Origin: Planctomycetota bacterium
GTDB taxonomy: Bacteria; Planctomycetota; UBA8108; SXIK01
Direction of reading: 5' to 3'
Length of the DNA stretch: 64,000 nt
Assembly: GCA_965223845.1 (NCBI GenBank)
Contig: CBDCXR010000004.1
Coordinates: 1,408,001 to 1,472,000 of the forward strand
Part shown: positions 38,583-48,437 of the stretch, in pieces
Numbering within the stretch: position 1 is the stretch's first letter
How the letters are laid out: every line of letters starts with the position of its first letter
The notes under the pieces: generated by a model
Databases searched by the model: none
What the model saw: only the letters and a program-made list of their open reading frames with translations
Told to the model about the DNA's origin: nothing
Translations under genes and position numbers: made by a program

Positions 38583-39139
38583 GAGGCGACCAACATCCCC
38601 GCTCGCAGCTCGGCAGCGGTGTCCGCGCCGCAGAGCTCCTCGACGAGCGCCAGCGAAAAGTCGAGGGCCGTACCCGGCCCCCGGCTCGTCACGACGTTGC
38701 CGTCGCGGACGACGCGGTCCTCGACGCAGTCTGCGCCGGTGAGCTCACCTTCGAATCCGGGGTAGCTCGTCGCGCGCTTCCCAGTGAGAACTCCCGCCGC
38801 CCCGAGCGCGATCGGGGCCGCGCAGATCGCGGCGACGCGACGCCCGGACGAGTGTTGAGCGCGAAGGAGTCGCTGCACGCCGGCGTCGTCGCGCAGATGG
38901 TGCGCGCCGGGAAGCCCGCCGGGGAGCACGACCAAGTCCCACGTCGATTCTGCGGCCGCAGCGAGCGGCGCGTCCGCCGTGACGACGACCCCGTGACTTC
39001 CGGTCACTCCGAGATCGCCAGCGGAGTCGCCGACGCGAGCGACACAGACCTCGACGCCGGCGCGCCGGAGGACGTCGACAATCGTGATCGCCTCGATCTC
39101 TTCGAATCCATCGGCGAGCGGAACGCAGGCGCGCGGCAT
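38579..39139 (-). CDS. DJ-1/YajL (ThiJ/PfpI) family protein
   Basis: GFEEIEA, LPGG, AAICAAP, TSRGPGT. Confidence 0.92.
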   Translation of the reverse strand: MPRACVPLADGFEEIEAITIVDVLRRAGVEVCVARVGDSAGDLGVTGSHGVVVTADAPLAAAAESTWDLVVLPGGLPGAHHLRDDAGVQRLLRAQHSSGRRVAAICAAPIALGAAGVLTGKRATSYPGFEGELTGADCVEDRVVRDGNVVTSRGPGTALDFSLALVEELCGADTAAELRAGMLVAS

Positions 39140-39228
39140 GGGTTGATCCTCTTTTTGACGCAAAATCGCTTCGGTCGGACGGACTCGCGAGTGTAGCTCT
39201 CCGCGAGAGGTGGATCCACGAAAACCGA

Positions 39229-40467
39229 CTACTCCCCCGCGGGGCGCGTCGACTCGTTCCGTTCGTCTCCGACGGGTTCGACTTCCGCGGCCGACACGAG
39301 CGCGGTCACTTCCGTCTCGATGTCGAACTCGGATTCCGCCTCCTCCAACTGCGCGACGGTCGTCCTCGTTGCGGGATTCGACGGCATCAAGAACGAACAG
39401 CAGTCGTCGTGCGGCTCGATCGATGTTTCGAAGGTACCGATGCGCTTTGCTTCGTTCACGATGTCGACCTTGTCCCACCCGATGAGGGGCCGGAGGATCG
39501 GCCGGTCGCTCGCGGCGTCGATCGAGCGGATATTCTCGAGAGTCTGACTCGCGACTTGCCCGAGGCTCTCCCCGGTAACGAGCGCGTGGGCCCGTTCCTT
39601 CCGCGCGATCGCCGCGCTCGCGCGGACCATGAAGCGGCGGTAGAGGACGACGCGAAGAGGGGGTGGGCAGTCGCTCACGATGCGACGTTGGAGCTCCGCG
39701 AACGGGATCATATAGAGGCGACTGTTCGCACCGGCCGGATGGATGCAGCGGACGAGGTCGCGAACCTTATCCTGACTCTCGATTCCGGTGTGCGGATAGC
39801 TGTGGAAGTGGACGTACACCGGGACCGCGCCACGCTGAAGGAGCCGGTACGCGGCGACGGGTGAGTCGATGCCGCCCGATTGGAGGCAGACCACGCGACC
39901 CGAGACCCCCGTGGGAAGCCCGCCGGGGCCTTCGACGCGTCCGAGCGCGACGAACGCCGTCCGGCCGACGAGATCGATGCGGATGGCGAGCTCCGGCGTC
40001 GCGAGATCGACCGGCCAGCCGGTGAGCTCCTGGACGTGCGCACCGACCGCGCGCTGCACGTCGACGGAGGTGTAGGGCAGATCCTTCGCGCCGCGTTTGC
40101 ACCGTATCGCAAAGCGGAGCGGTCCGTCGATTCCGCTGACGAGCTCTCCAACCGTCGCGTTGATCGCCGGCAGATCGCTGCCGCAGGAGACCGCGGGGAG
40201 GACGTAGGCGACACCGAAGACGCGCGCGAGACGATCCGTAGCATCGCGCCATGCGCTGGGTGAGCCGGGCTCCACTTCGAGTCGTCCGTGGAGACGGCGG
40301 ACTCGCGCTCCGCCGACGGGACGAAGGGCCGCGCGAATGTTCTCGACGAGGCGGTTCTCGAACTGGCCGCGATTCTTGCCCTTGAGACCGATCTCGCCGT
40401 AGTGAACGACGATGCGCGACGGCGGCCGGCGATCGAGGACTGCGGGGAGAGTGGACGGCGAGATCAT
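39229..40467 (-). CDS. thiI: tRNA 4-thiouridine synthase (THUMP + PP-loop, no rhodanese domain)
   Basis: HYGEIGLKGKNR, SGGIDSPVA, TGESLGQVASQTLEN, RPL, DDCC. Confidence 0.95.
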   Translation of the reverse strand: MISPSTLPAVLDRRPPSRIVVHYGEIGLKGKNRGQFENRLVENIRAALRPVGGARVRRLHGRLEVEPGSPSAWRDATDRLARVFGVAYVLPAVSCGSDLPAINATVGELVSGIDGPLRFAIRCKRGAKDLPYTSVDVQRAVGAHVQELTGWPVDLATPELAIRIDLVGRTAFVALGRVEGPGGLPTGVSGRVVCLQSGGIDSPVAAYRLLQRGAVPVYVHFHSYPHTGIESQDKVRDLVRCIHPAGANSRLYMIPFAELQRRIVSDCPPPLRVVLYRRFMVRASAAIARKERAHALVTGESLGQVASQTLENIRSIDAASDRPILRPLIGWDKVDIVNEAKRIGTFETSIEPHDDCCSFLMPSNPATRTTVAQLEEAESEFDIETEVTALVSAAEVEPVGDERNESTRPAGE

Positions 40468-40811
40468 TGCGTGCGAGTGGTGGTTTCGACGGATTCGAAG
40501 CGACGCGGAAGGGAGGCGCGCCACCTTCTTCTCGCCCTACGATCGAGCCGTTGGGCGCCGACAACCCGACGAGTATCGTTCGCGGGCGAGCACGTGTAAA
40601 CCCCCGCGAAGCTCACGGGTTCGAGCAGCAGAGTGGGTGTCCGAGTTCGCGCCGGAATTCGGTGGGGATTCCCCGCATCGCCCCGCATGATTGCTGGAGT
40701 CGGAAGCGCCGCTCGCGCGCGCTCGACGATTCGGGGCGGGGCTCGATCCTCGTGGATCGTGTGGCGGTCCAGGAAACGAATGATCTCGACTGAGAATGAA
40801 AGGACGGTGAC

Positions 40812-41321
40812 ATGGGAATGGTCGATGCGATGGTCGAGGAGCTGAAGCACGAGGCGACCAGTACTCGACGTCTCCTCGAGAGGGTCCCGGAGGAGCACTT
40901 CGACTGGCAGCCGCACGAGAAGTCGATGTCGCTGCAGGCGTTGGCGTCGCACGTGGTCGACGGAATCTCGTGGGCGCTCCCGACTCTCGCTCAGGACGAG
41001 ATGACGATCGACCCCGAAACGTTTACTCCGTGGATTGGCGGGAGCGTCGCCGAACTGCTGAGCAAGTTCGACGAGAACGTCGAAGCCGCCGTGGAGGCTA
41101 TGAGCGCTGCGAGCGACGAGCGGCTTCTCCAGCCGTGGACGATGAAGGTGGGGGATCAGGTCGCGTTCAGCATGCCCCGAGTGGTGGTCCTTCGATCGTT
41201 CGTCCTCAATCACACGATTCATCATCGCGGACAGCTCGACGTGTACCTGCGATTGAAGGACGTGCCGCTACCGCAGATCTACGGCCCGACGGCGGACGAA
41301 CCGGATATGGTCATGGGCTGA
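40812..41321 (+). CDS. DinB/DUF664-family protein
   Basis: WQPHEKSMSL..LASH, NHTIHHRGQL.VYLR, YGP. Confidence 0.9.
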   Translation: MGMVDAMVEELKHEATSTRRLLERVPEEHFDWQPHEKSMSLQALASHVVDGISWALPTLAQDEMTIDPETFTPWIGGSVAELLSKFDENVEAAVEAMSAASDERLLQPWTMKVGDQVAFSMPRVVVLRSFVLNHTIHHRGQLDVYLRLKDVPLPQIYGPTADEPDMVMG

Positions 41322-41373
41322 GACGGCTCGTCGGTCCGCGACCCGCGAAGCGGCGTCGATGGAAGCCCCGACC

Positions 41374-42993
41374 CTACGATCCCGCGCCACTCGAAGCCGG
41401 CGCCGGCTCCTCGCGTAGTCGATGCTCGCGTTCGATAGCGCCGAAGTACCGTTCGCGCGCCGCGGCGAGGTCGCTCGGCACGGACGCGGAGTGCTCTCGA
41501 ATGAGCTCCTCGACGGCGTCGTAGGCGTCGCGTCCGCCATCGGGCGTGAAGCGAAGCGTCGTCCGGCGCGCGAGGAAATCCTCGGGATAGATCACGTGTT
41601 CGGACGCGATCCCGTAGACGACTTCGGCGCGCTGCTCGGCGGTTCCATCCGAGAGCGGCGCGGCGAGCTCGGGTTCGGCGCGCGCGAGTTCGCGGACGCG
41701 TTCGAGCCGGCAGCCGTAGCGCGAGAAGAGCCGCTCGAGCTCGGTGTCGGTCAGGTCGGCGAGCGACGCCTCGCGGCCTCGTCGGTAACGTTCGAGCGGG
41801 CCCGCTTCTCCCCCGGGGAGCGGTGCGGTTCGCGTCGACGATTTCGTTCCGGGGAAGAGGCGATTGCCGACCTCTTCCGCGACCGCTCGGTACGTCGTGT
41901 ACTTGCCGCCGAAAACTGTGAGTAGGCCCGCGTCCTCGACGATGCGGTGGACGCGCGAGACTTGCCCGGTGGCTTTGCTTCGAGACGACTCCGAGCGGGC
42001 GAGGGGGCGGATTCCGGCGAACGTTCCGCGGATGTCGCTTGCGGACACACCGGCGCCCGGGAGTACACGGCGCACTTCGTCGATGAGGTAGCGGACCTCG
42101 TCCGCCTCCACACGGAGCGAGTCGGGGGAATCGTCGAAGACGGTCTCGGTCGTTCCAACGAGCGCGCCGGCGAGCCACGGGATCACGAAAAAGACGCGCT
42201 GGTCGCTCCCGTGCGTGAGGAGGAGGCCGTCCGTCGACGAAAACCGCGGAAGGAGGATGTGAATCCCCTTCGAGCGGACGAGGAGATCGGGATCCGTCCA
42301 CGGCCCGAGCGCGCGCACGACGCGGTGAGCGAAGATGCGCTGCTTCTCGTCCGTGAGTCGGTCGCGCGTGTGGACGACGTTGGGAGTGCCGGGTTCGACT
42401 CCCGTGACTTCGGTGTAGGAGAGTGCCGTGACTCGGCCGTCTCCGGCCTCGACCGCCCCGATGGCGTTTGCGAGAACGATCCGCGCGTCGTCCATGACGA
42501 CGTCGTGGTAGACGCCCGCGCCCCGGAGTCCGTTCGCAGCGAGCTCGGGAAATCGGGCGCGCGCGTCGTCGGGTCCGAGGAAGCGGCTTCGCCCGACCCC
42601 GCGCCCGAGGGCGAGGAGGTCGTAGAGCCAGAGACCGAGTCGGATCCAGAACGGACCGCGACTCGCGCCGGCGTAGACTGGAATCAGGAACGACTGCGGG
42701 CGGGCGAGGTGGGGGGCGAGCTCGAGGACCGTCCGCCGCTCGCGGAGCGATTCGTAGACGAGCCCGAGCCGGAGCTGCTCTAGGTAACGGATTCCACCGT
42801 GGAGCATCTTCGACGATGCGCTGGAGGTCCCGCTGCCGAAGTCGCCCTTTTCGACGAGGACGACCGATCGGCCCCGCTGCGCGACGTCGCGAGCGATGCC
42901 CGCACCGTTGATCCCGCCGCCGATGACGATCACATCGACGGGACCTTCCGGGAGAGGAGCTCGGGGTGACGTTTTCACGATCGAATCGACCAT
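41374..42993 (-). CDS. glpD: FAD-dependent glycerol-3-phosphate dehydrogenase/oxidase
   Basis: GGGINGAG, GTSSASSKMLHGGIRYLE, AGIRPL, GGKYTTYR, RRT. Confidence 0.9.
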   Translation of the reverse strand: MVDSIVKTSPRAPLPEGPVDVIVIGGGINGAGIARDVAQRGRSVVLVEKGDFGSGTSSASSKMLHGGIRYLEQLRLGLVYESLRERRTVLELAPHLARPQSFLIPVYAGASRGPFWIRLGLWLYDLLALGRGVGRSRFLGPDDARARFPELAANGLRGAGVYHDVVMDDARIVLANAIGAVEAGDGRVTALSYTEVTGVEPGTPNVVHTRDRLTDEKQRIFAHRVVRALGPWTDPDLLVRSKGIHILLPRFSSTDGLLLTHGSDQRVFFVIPWLAGALVGTTETVFDDSPDSLRVEADEVRYLIDEVRRVLPGAGVSASDIRGTFAGIRPLARSESSRSKATGQVSRVHRIVEDAGLLTVFGGKYTTYRAVAEEVGNRLFPGTKSSTRTAPLPGGEAGPLERYRRGREASLADLTDTELERLFSRYGCRLERVRELARAEPELAAPLSDGTAEQRAEVVYGIASEHVIYPEDFLARRTTLRFTPDGGRDAYDAVEELIREHSASVPSDLAAARERYFGAIEREHRLREEPAPASSGAGS

Positions 42994-43202
42994 CGCGGTG
43001 AATCTCTGTGGCGCCGCGAACCGTCCACACTTTGATTCTCGACGTGAGATGCGAAGATCTCCACTGTCGCCGTCGAGGAAACGAGCGCGGTGCGCTAGGC
43101 GAGCGAGAATCGCGCGAATCCGTTACCGGTCGTGTCCGCCGCCGTGAGTGCGACGGGAATCGACCGCTCGCGTCGATCTACCTTAAGAAGAGGCCCATCC
43201 CG

Positions 43203-43218
43203 TGCAGTTGGCGTGCCA
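43203..43218 (-). promoter_or_regulatory. Putative sigma54 (-24/-12) promoter facing glpD
   Basis: Minus strand TGGCACGCCAACTGCA with GG-N10-GC spacing. Confidence 0.5.
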
Positions 43219-43266
43219 GAAAGGGCACCCGGAGTGCTTTCTTCCGGCCCGGTGGCGCGGGTTTTT

Positions 43267-43282
43267 TTAGCGGAACCGCTAA
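43267..43282. promoter_or_regulatory. Palindromic operator-like site
   Basis: TTAGCGG-AA-CCGCTAA in the divergent glpD / DUF4139 intergenic region. Confidence 0.45.
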
Positions 43283-43363
43283 GTCTCCATCGGGGCCAAT
43301 CGTCTAGGTAGCTGAAGCTTCGACTAAATGCGTCCGTCTACCGAGTCTTTCCTGGAGCTCGCT

Positions 43364-44713
43364 ATGAAACGACCGTCCTTCACCCTCGAGGTTGCCGCGG
43401 CGGCGGTCGCGATCTTCGCGTACGCCGCCCCCCTCACCGCCGACGACGGCATCGACCTCGTCACCCTTCCGGAACGCGCGAGCGTTCAACTGACGATCTA
43501 CAACTCCGCCGATTTGACCCTCGTTCGTGACGTGCGTCGGCTCACGCTTCGGCGGGGACTCAATCGACTGTCGTTCGAGTGGGCCGGGACACTCATCGAC
43601 CCGACATCGCTACAACTGCGCGCCGTCAGCGACCCGACCGCCGTGGAGCTCGTCGAGGTCGCCTATCCTCCCGGTCTCAACACGAAGGCAGTCTGGACCG
43701 TCCAGTCGGAGGTCGAGGGCGAAGTCCCGGTCGAGATTACTTTCTTTACCTCCGGTGTGAGCTGGCGGGCGTTCTACATGGGAACGCTCTCGCCGGACGA
43801 GCGAACGATGCGCCTTCAAAACTACGTGCGGGTACAGAATCAGTCCGGCGAGGAGTACGCCGACGCCGTAACGCGGCTCATCGTCGGAAAGATCCATCTC
43901 CTCGACGAAATCGCTGCTCTCGCTCGGCGGAACGAACCGTACGGTCGACCCGGCGTTCCGGGTGCGCCGCAATCGGGTGTCGACGGTAAGCGGCGCGTCA
44001 TGATGCAGCGTGCCTCCAGATCCCTCGATCTCGCGTCGGCCAAGGCCAAGCAGATCGTGAAGGAGGGCCTCTCCGAGTACTTCCTCTACACGATCGAAGG
44101 AACGGAGACGATTCCGAACGGATGGGCCAAGCGACTGCCCTCGTTCGCCGTCGACGAGGTTCCCGTTGTCAATCTCTACCGCTACGAAGAGGAACGCTTC
44201 GGCCAGAGCGTCGTACGTTTCATTCTGTTCGCGAACGACGACGCGCACCGTCTGGGTGAGACGCCCCTCCCGGGAGGCAACGTCTCGATGTACCGGGCGG
44301 TCGACGACGCGGGGCACCTCTCGTATGTCGGTGCGACGACGATCCAGTACATCCCGGTCGAGCAAAAAGCCGAGCTCGGCTTCGGTGCCGCCCAGGACGT
44401 CCTCGTCACGCCGAAGCAGATCTCGATCGAGTACGAAAACTTCGAGTTTCATTCGAACGGTAACATCCGCGGCTTTGACGAAGAGCAAACCTGGGAGGTT
44501 ACGGTAAAGAATCGCCGGGCGATCCCGATTCGCGTCGAAGTGACGCGAAACTTCCGTCACCAGTCTCACACGCTCACGAATACGGATGTCGCCGCGGGCG
44601 AGTTCGAGAAGATTGATCTCGATACCGCCCGCTACACGTTCGAGATCGCGCCGGGCGCCGAACGGCGATTTGGTTACACCGTGCGGTATCGCGAAGGATC
44701 TCGCGCGAACTGA
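43364..44713 (+). CDS. Secreted DUF4139-like protein (paralogue A)
   Basis: Signal peptide; QLTIYN.DLTLVRD.R, IDPTSL, SGVSWRAFY, NQSGE.Y, PLPGG. Confidence 0.75.
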   Translation: MKRPSFTLEVAAAAVAIFAYAAPLTADDGIDLVTLPERASVQLTIYNSADLTLVRDVRRLTLRRGLNRLSFEWAGTLIDPTSLQLRAVSDPTAVELVEVAYPPGLNTKAVWTVQSEVEGEVPVEITFFTSGVSWRAFYMGTLSPDERTMRLQNYVRVQNQSGEEYADAVTRLIVGKIHLLDEIAALARRNEPYGRPGVPGAPQSGVDGKRRVMMQRASRSLDLASAKAKQIVKEGLSEYFLYTIEGTETIPNGWAKRLPSFAVDEVPVVNLYRYEEERFGQSVVRFILFANDDAHRLGETPLPGGNVSMYRAVDDAGHLSYVGATTIQYIPVEQKAELGFGAAQDVLVTPKQISIEYENFEFHSNGNIRGFDEEQTWEVTVKNRRAIPIRVEVTRNFRHQSHTLTNTDVAAGEFEKIDLDTARYTFEIAPGAERRFGYTVRYREGSRAN

Positions 44714-44777
44714 GTTTCGCACCCACTACGGTGCGGCTGAACCCTTCCTCTGACTCCCTGACTCGAGAGACTTTCCG

Positions 44778-45920
44778 ATGAAACCGAGACTCCTCAACCG
44801 ACCCGGGTGGCTCCTTCTTCTTCTCGTCGCCGTTTTCGTCCTTCCCCGCACTGCGTCTGCGCGCATCAAGCTCGTCGCTCTTCCCGATCGTGACGCAACC
44901 ATCGTTCGCCTCGATCACCCTTATGCGACGCTCGTCGAGGAAGAGCGAAAGCTCACCCTGCAGAAGGGAATCAACCGCATCGACTTTTCGTGGAAGGGCG
45001 TCTCGATTCTCCCCGATTCGATCCGTCTGCGAATCCTCGGCCACCCGGGAGAGGTCAAGCTTCTCAATGTGAGCTACCCACCGGGCGAGCCCGCGCTCGT
45101 GTGGCAGGTCAGCTCCCCCGAGGCGTACGAGGAAGACGTCCGGATCTCCTATCTCCTCTCCGGGATCGATCGACTCGTGACGTACACGGCGGTCGCCGAG
45201 AAAGACGAATCGAAGCTCCTTCTGAAGAGTCACGTCGTCCTCCGGAATTTCTCGGGCGAGAGCTTCGGCGCCGCGCGCGTTCAGCTCGACTACGGCGAGG
45301 CGTTCGAGCGGTCGATCCGAAATCAAGAGACGAAGCGGCTCCTGTTCTTCTCGAAAGGGGATGTGCCGATCGAAAAGACCTTCACCTGGGACGACCAGCA
45401 GATGCCCTGGGACCCCGAGAAGGAGAGCTCGAACGTCGGGATCCCGGTCTTTTATGCGGTGAAGAACACGACCGCGGGCGGACTGGGCGCGAACGGTCTC
45501 TGGGGCGGGAAGGCCCGCGTCTACCAGAAGGACGGCCACGGCTCGACGATCTTCCTCGGCGAGGACGGCCTTAGGTTTACGCCAGTCGGAGAAGACGCGC
45601 GGGTCCGGATCGGTGACAGCCGCGATATCGTCGTCACGCAGCGAAAGCTCCGCGACGAGAAGATCAACGTAAGAAAGAACCGCGCCGGGAACATCGTCCT
45701 CTACGACACAGACGAAATCCTCGAGGCGAAGATCGAAAACTTCAAGGACAAGCCCGCCGTCCTCTTCGTGACGGAGCACATCCCCGGGCAGTGGGAGATG
45801 GAAGAGGCGAGTCACGAGTTCGTGAAGAAGGACTTCCAGACGCTCGAGTTCCGCATCGAGCTGAAGCCGAAGGAGAAGATCACTCTTCGCCTCCACTATC
45901 ACCGCCGGAACGTGCGTTGA
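44778..45920 (+). CDS. Secreted DUF4139-like protein (paralogue B, shorter)
   Basis: Signal peptide; TLVEEER.LTL.KG.N.IDFSW, NFSGE, GKARVYQ, FLGED...TPVGE. Confidence 0.75.
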   Translation: MKPRLLNRPGWLLLLLVAVFVLPRTASARIKLVALPDRDATIVRLDHPYATLVEEERKLTLQKGINRIDFSWKGVSILPDSIRLRILGHPGEVKLLNVSYPPGEPALVWQVSSPEAYEEDVRISYLLSGIDRLVTYTAVAEKDESKLLLKSHVVLRNFSGESFGAARVQLDYGEAFERSIRNQETKRLLFFSKGDVPIEKTFTWDDQQMPWDPEKESSNVGIPVFYAVKNTTAGGLGANGLWGGKARVYQKDGHGSTIFLGEDGLRFTPVGEDARVRIGDSRDIVVTQRKLRDEKINVRKNRAGNIVLYDTDEILEAKIENFKDKPAVLFVTEHIPGQWEMEEASHEFVKKDFQTLEFRIELKPKEKITLRLHYHRRNVR

Positions 45921-45930
45921 GGGGGCTGCG

Positions 45931-47295
45931 ATGACCACGCAGACGCGAAGTCCGCTTCGACCCGCTTCGCTCGCGGTGCTGACGGCAGTCACGTTGCTCG
46001 CGGCGAGCCCGATGCTCGCTGACGGAATCGATCTCGTCACGCTTCCCGAGCGGGAACGGGTGCAGGTCACGGTCTACAACTCAGATGATCTCACCCTCGT
46101 GCGCGACGTGAGGCGGCTCACCTTGCGAAAGGGCACCAATCGACTCTCGTTCGACTGGTCGGGCACTCTGATCGATCCGACGTCGCTCCACCTCGAGGCG
46201 GTCGATCGTCCCGATGCGGTCGAGCTCCTCGACGTGAGCTACCCGCCCGGCGTGCGAGCGAAGGCGGTGTGGACGGTCGAATCGGAGATCGAGGGCGAGG
46301 TTCCCGTGGCGATTTCGTTCTTCACGTCGGGACTCTCGTGGCGGGCGTTCTACGGGGTCACGCTCGCCGCCGACGAGCGCACGATGCGCCTCGACGGCTA
46401 CGTACGGATCGAGAATCAGTCGGGCGAGAACTACGAGAACGCGACGACTCGCGTCCTCGTCGGCAAGGTGAATCTCATCGACCGCATCGCCATGCTCGCC
46501 CAGCGCCAGTTCCCCTACGGTTCACCGATCCCGCGTCCTCGCGTGACGACTGCGACCAGGTTCGCATTGGAAGCCCCGGAAAAAGAGGAAAGCGACGCGT
46601 TCGGGGGCGAGCTCCGAGACCTCAAGGAGATCGCGAAGGAAGCGCTCTCCGAATACGTTCTCTACACGATCGAAGGAACGGAGACGCTCGAGCACGGCTG
46701 GGCGAAGCGCCTCCCCTCGTTTTCCGCGGCAGAGGTTCCTGTCGTCCACCTCTACCGCTTCGAGGAGGAACGCTTCGGGCGGGCCGTGGTGCGCTTCCTC
46801 CGGTTCGCGAACGACGAGGCGAGTGGACTCGGAGAATCTCCGATTCCCGCCGGGAACGCGTCGATCTACCGAACGGTCGACGACGGCGGTCGCCTCGGCT
46901 ACGTCGGCGCCGCTGCGCTCAAGTACATCCCCGTCGGCCAGCGGGCGGAGCTCGAGATCGGGCCGGCGGCGGATGTTCTCGTCGAGCCGATCCTCGCGAA
47001 CCTCGAGATGGAGAACTTCGCGTTCGATCGTCGCGGAAACGTCGCCGGCTTCGAGGAGATCCAGACGTATCGCCTCGAGGTGAGCAACCGAAAGCAGATC
47101 CCCGTCCGCGTCGAGATCCGCCGCAACCTCCGGCATCAGTACCACCGCGCGACGGCGCTCGCGGGAAGCGAGGGCGCCATGGCGACCGAGGATCTCGACA
47201 CGCTCAAGTTCGAGCTCGATCTCGCGCCCGGTGAGACCCGCGAGCTCCGCTACCGCGTGCGGTACCTCGAAGGCGCAAGACGGCGAGCCGACTGA
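45931..47295 (+). CDS. Secreted DUF4139-like protein (paralogue C)
   Basis: Closely similar to A along its whole length (DGIDLVTLPER, LYTIEGTET, YRFEEERFG). Confidence 0.75.
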   Translation: MTTQTRSPLRPASLAVLTAVTLLAASPMLADGIDLVTLPERERVQVTVYNSDDLTLVRDVRRLTLRKGTNRLSFDWSGTLIDPTSLHLEAVDRPDAVELLDVSYPPGVRAKAVWTVESEIEGEVPVAISFFTSGLSWRAFYGVTLAADERTMRLDGYVRIENQSGENYENATTRVLVGKVNLIDRIAMLAQRQFPYGSPIPRPRVTTATRFALEAPEKEESDAFGGELRDLKEIAKEALSEYVLYTIEGTETLEHGWAKRLPSFSAAEVPVVHLYRFEEERFGRAVVRFLRFANDEASGLGESPIPAGNASIYRTVDDGGRLGYVGAAALKYIPVGQRAELEIGPAADVLVEPILANLEMENFAFDRRGNVAGFEEIQTYRLEVSNRKQIPVRVEIRRNLRHQYHRATALAGSEGAMATEDLDTLKFELDLAPGETRELRYRVRYLEGARRRAD

Positions 47296-47500
47296 CCGCA
47301 GAACGGCTATCCTGTGAGGGGACGTGAGCGAAGCCCCCTCCTCGGTCACGGTCTTCGGCTCGTCTGAGCCCGAGGATTCGACGGACTCGCCCCGGGAGAA
47401 GCGCGGCGCCGACCCTCGGCGGGGAAGCGAAGCGCGAGCTCCGAATCATTCGAGGCAAGGCGGCGATCCTGCCGATAAGACGGGGAGAAGGAGAGCTGCG

Positions 47501-48436
47501 ATGGAAGAGGCACAGCGCGTAGCCACCGATCCCGACATGTTCCGGCGTCTCTACGGGACGGGAGAAAACTTTCCGCCGGACCGTGCCTCGGTGATGCGAG
47601 CGGCGTTCGTCGTCGATCCGACGGGGTTTCGGGTAAACGAAGACTCGGCGACGGACAATCACTACATGGAGTGCGGCGTCCGGGTGGATCTCGAGCGCGC
47701 GCACGCCCAGCACGCGGAAGTCGTCGCGACGCTGACTCGAATCGGAGTTCCGGCCATCGTCTTTCCCGGACGCGAGGGGCTCGACGACGGCGTCTACCCG
47801 AACAACGTGTTCGGGACGATCCCGCGCCGATTCATCGTCGGCCGCATGTTGCACCCGGTCCGTCAGCGCGAGGCGGAACGGGCGGACGTGCGTGAACTCT
47901 TCACGACGACGTTCGGCTACGAGCTCTGGGATCTCTCGGCGCAGTCGCTTGTCGCCGAGCTCACCGGCCCCCTCGTCATCGATCGAGCGCGCGGAATCGG
48001 GTGGTGCGGCCGGACGCGTCGCGTCGACGACGCCGGCGTCCGTGCGCTTCACCAAGCCTTCGACCTGCGCATCACGCTCTCGTTCGACCTCGTCCCGACC
48101 GAGTACCACACGAATCTCGTCCTCAGCGTCCTCGCCGGCCGCGGTTGCGTCGCGCATCGAGCCTCGTTCGGGGATCCCGAAGTCGTCGACGCGCTCCGCA
48201 CGGTCTACCCCGATCACACGCTGCTTCTCTCCGACGAAGAAAAGGACGCGTTCGCAGGGAACTGCCTCGCGGTGACGGAGAGCGATCTCGTCTTCAGCGA
48301 ATCCGCCGCGCGTGCCCTGAGACCGGCGTCGCGCCGGACGCTCGAATCCTGGGGCTTTCGCCTCCATCCGGTGGCCGTCGACGAGCTCGAGAAAGGCGGC
48401 GGCAGTCTTCGCTGTCTGATCGCGGAGGTCTTCTGA
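47501..48436 (+). CDS. Amidinotransferase-fold hydrolase (citrulline-utilisation CtlX-like)
   Basis: A.DNHYM, YPNN, RQRE, YHTN, FAGN, GGGSLRCLIAEVF; AAGGAG RBS. Confidence 0.8.
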   Translation: MEEAQRVATDPDMFRRLYGTGENFPPDRASVMRAAFVVDPTGFRVNEDSATDNHYMECGVRVDLERAHAQHAEVVATLTRIGVPAIVFPGREGLDDGVYPNNVFGTIPRRFIVGRMLHPVRQREAERADVRELFTTTFGYELWDLSAQSLVAELTGPLVIDRARGIGWCGRTRRVDDAGVRALHQAFDLRITLSFDLVPTEYHTNLVLSVLAGRGCVAHRASFGDPEVVDALRTVYPDHTLLLSDEEKDAFAGNCLAVTESDLVFSESAARALRPASRRTLESWGFRLHPVAVDELEKGGGSLRCLIAEVF

Positions 48437-48437
48437 C

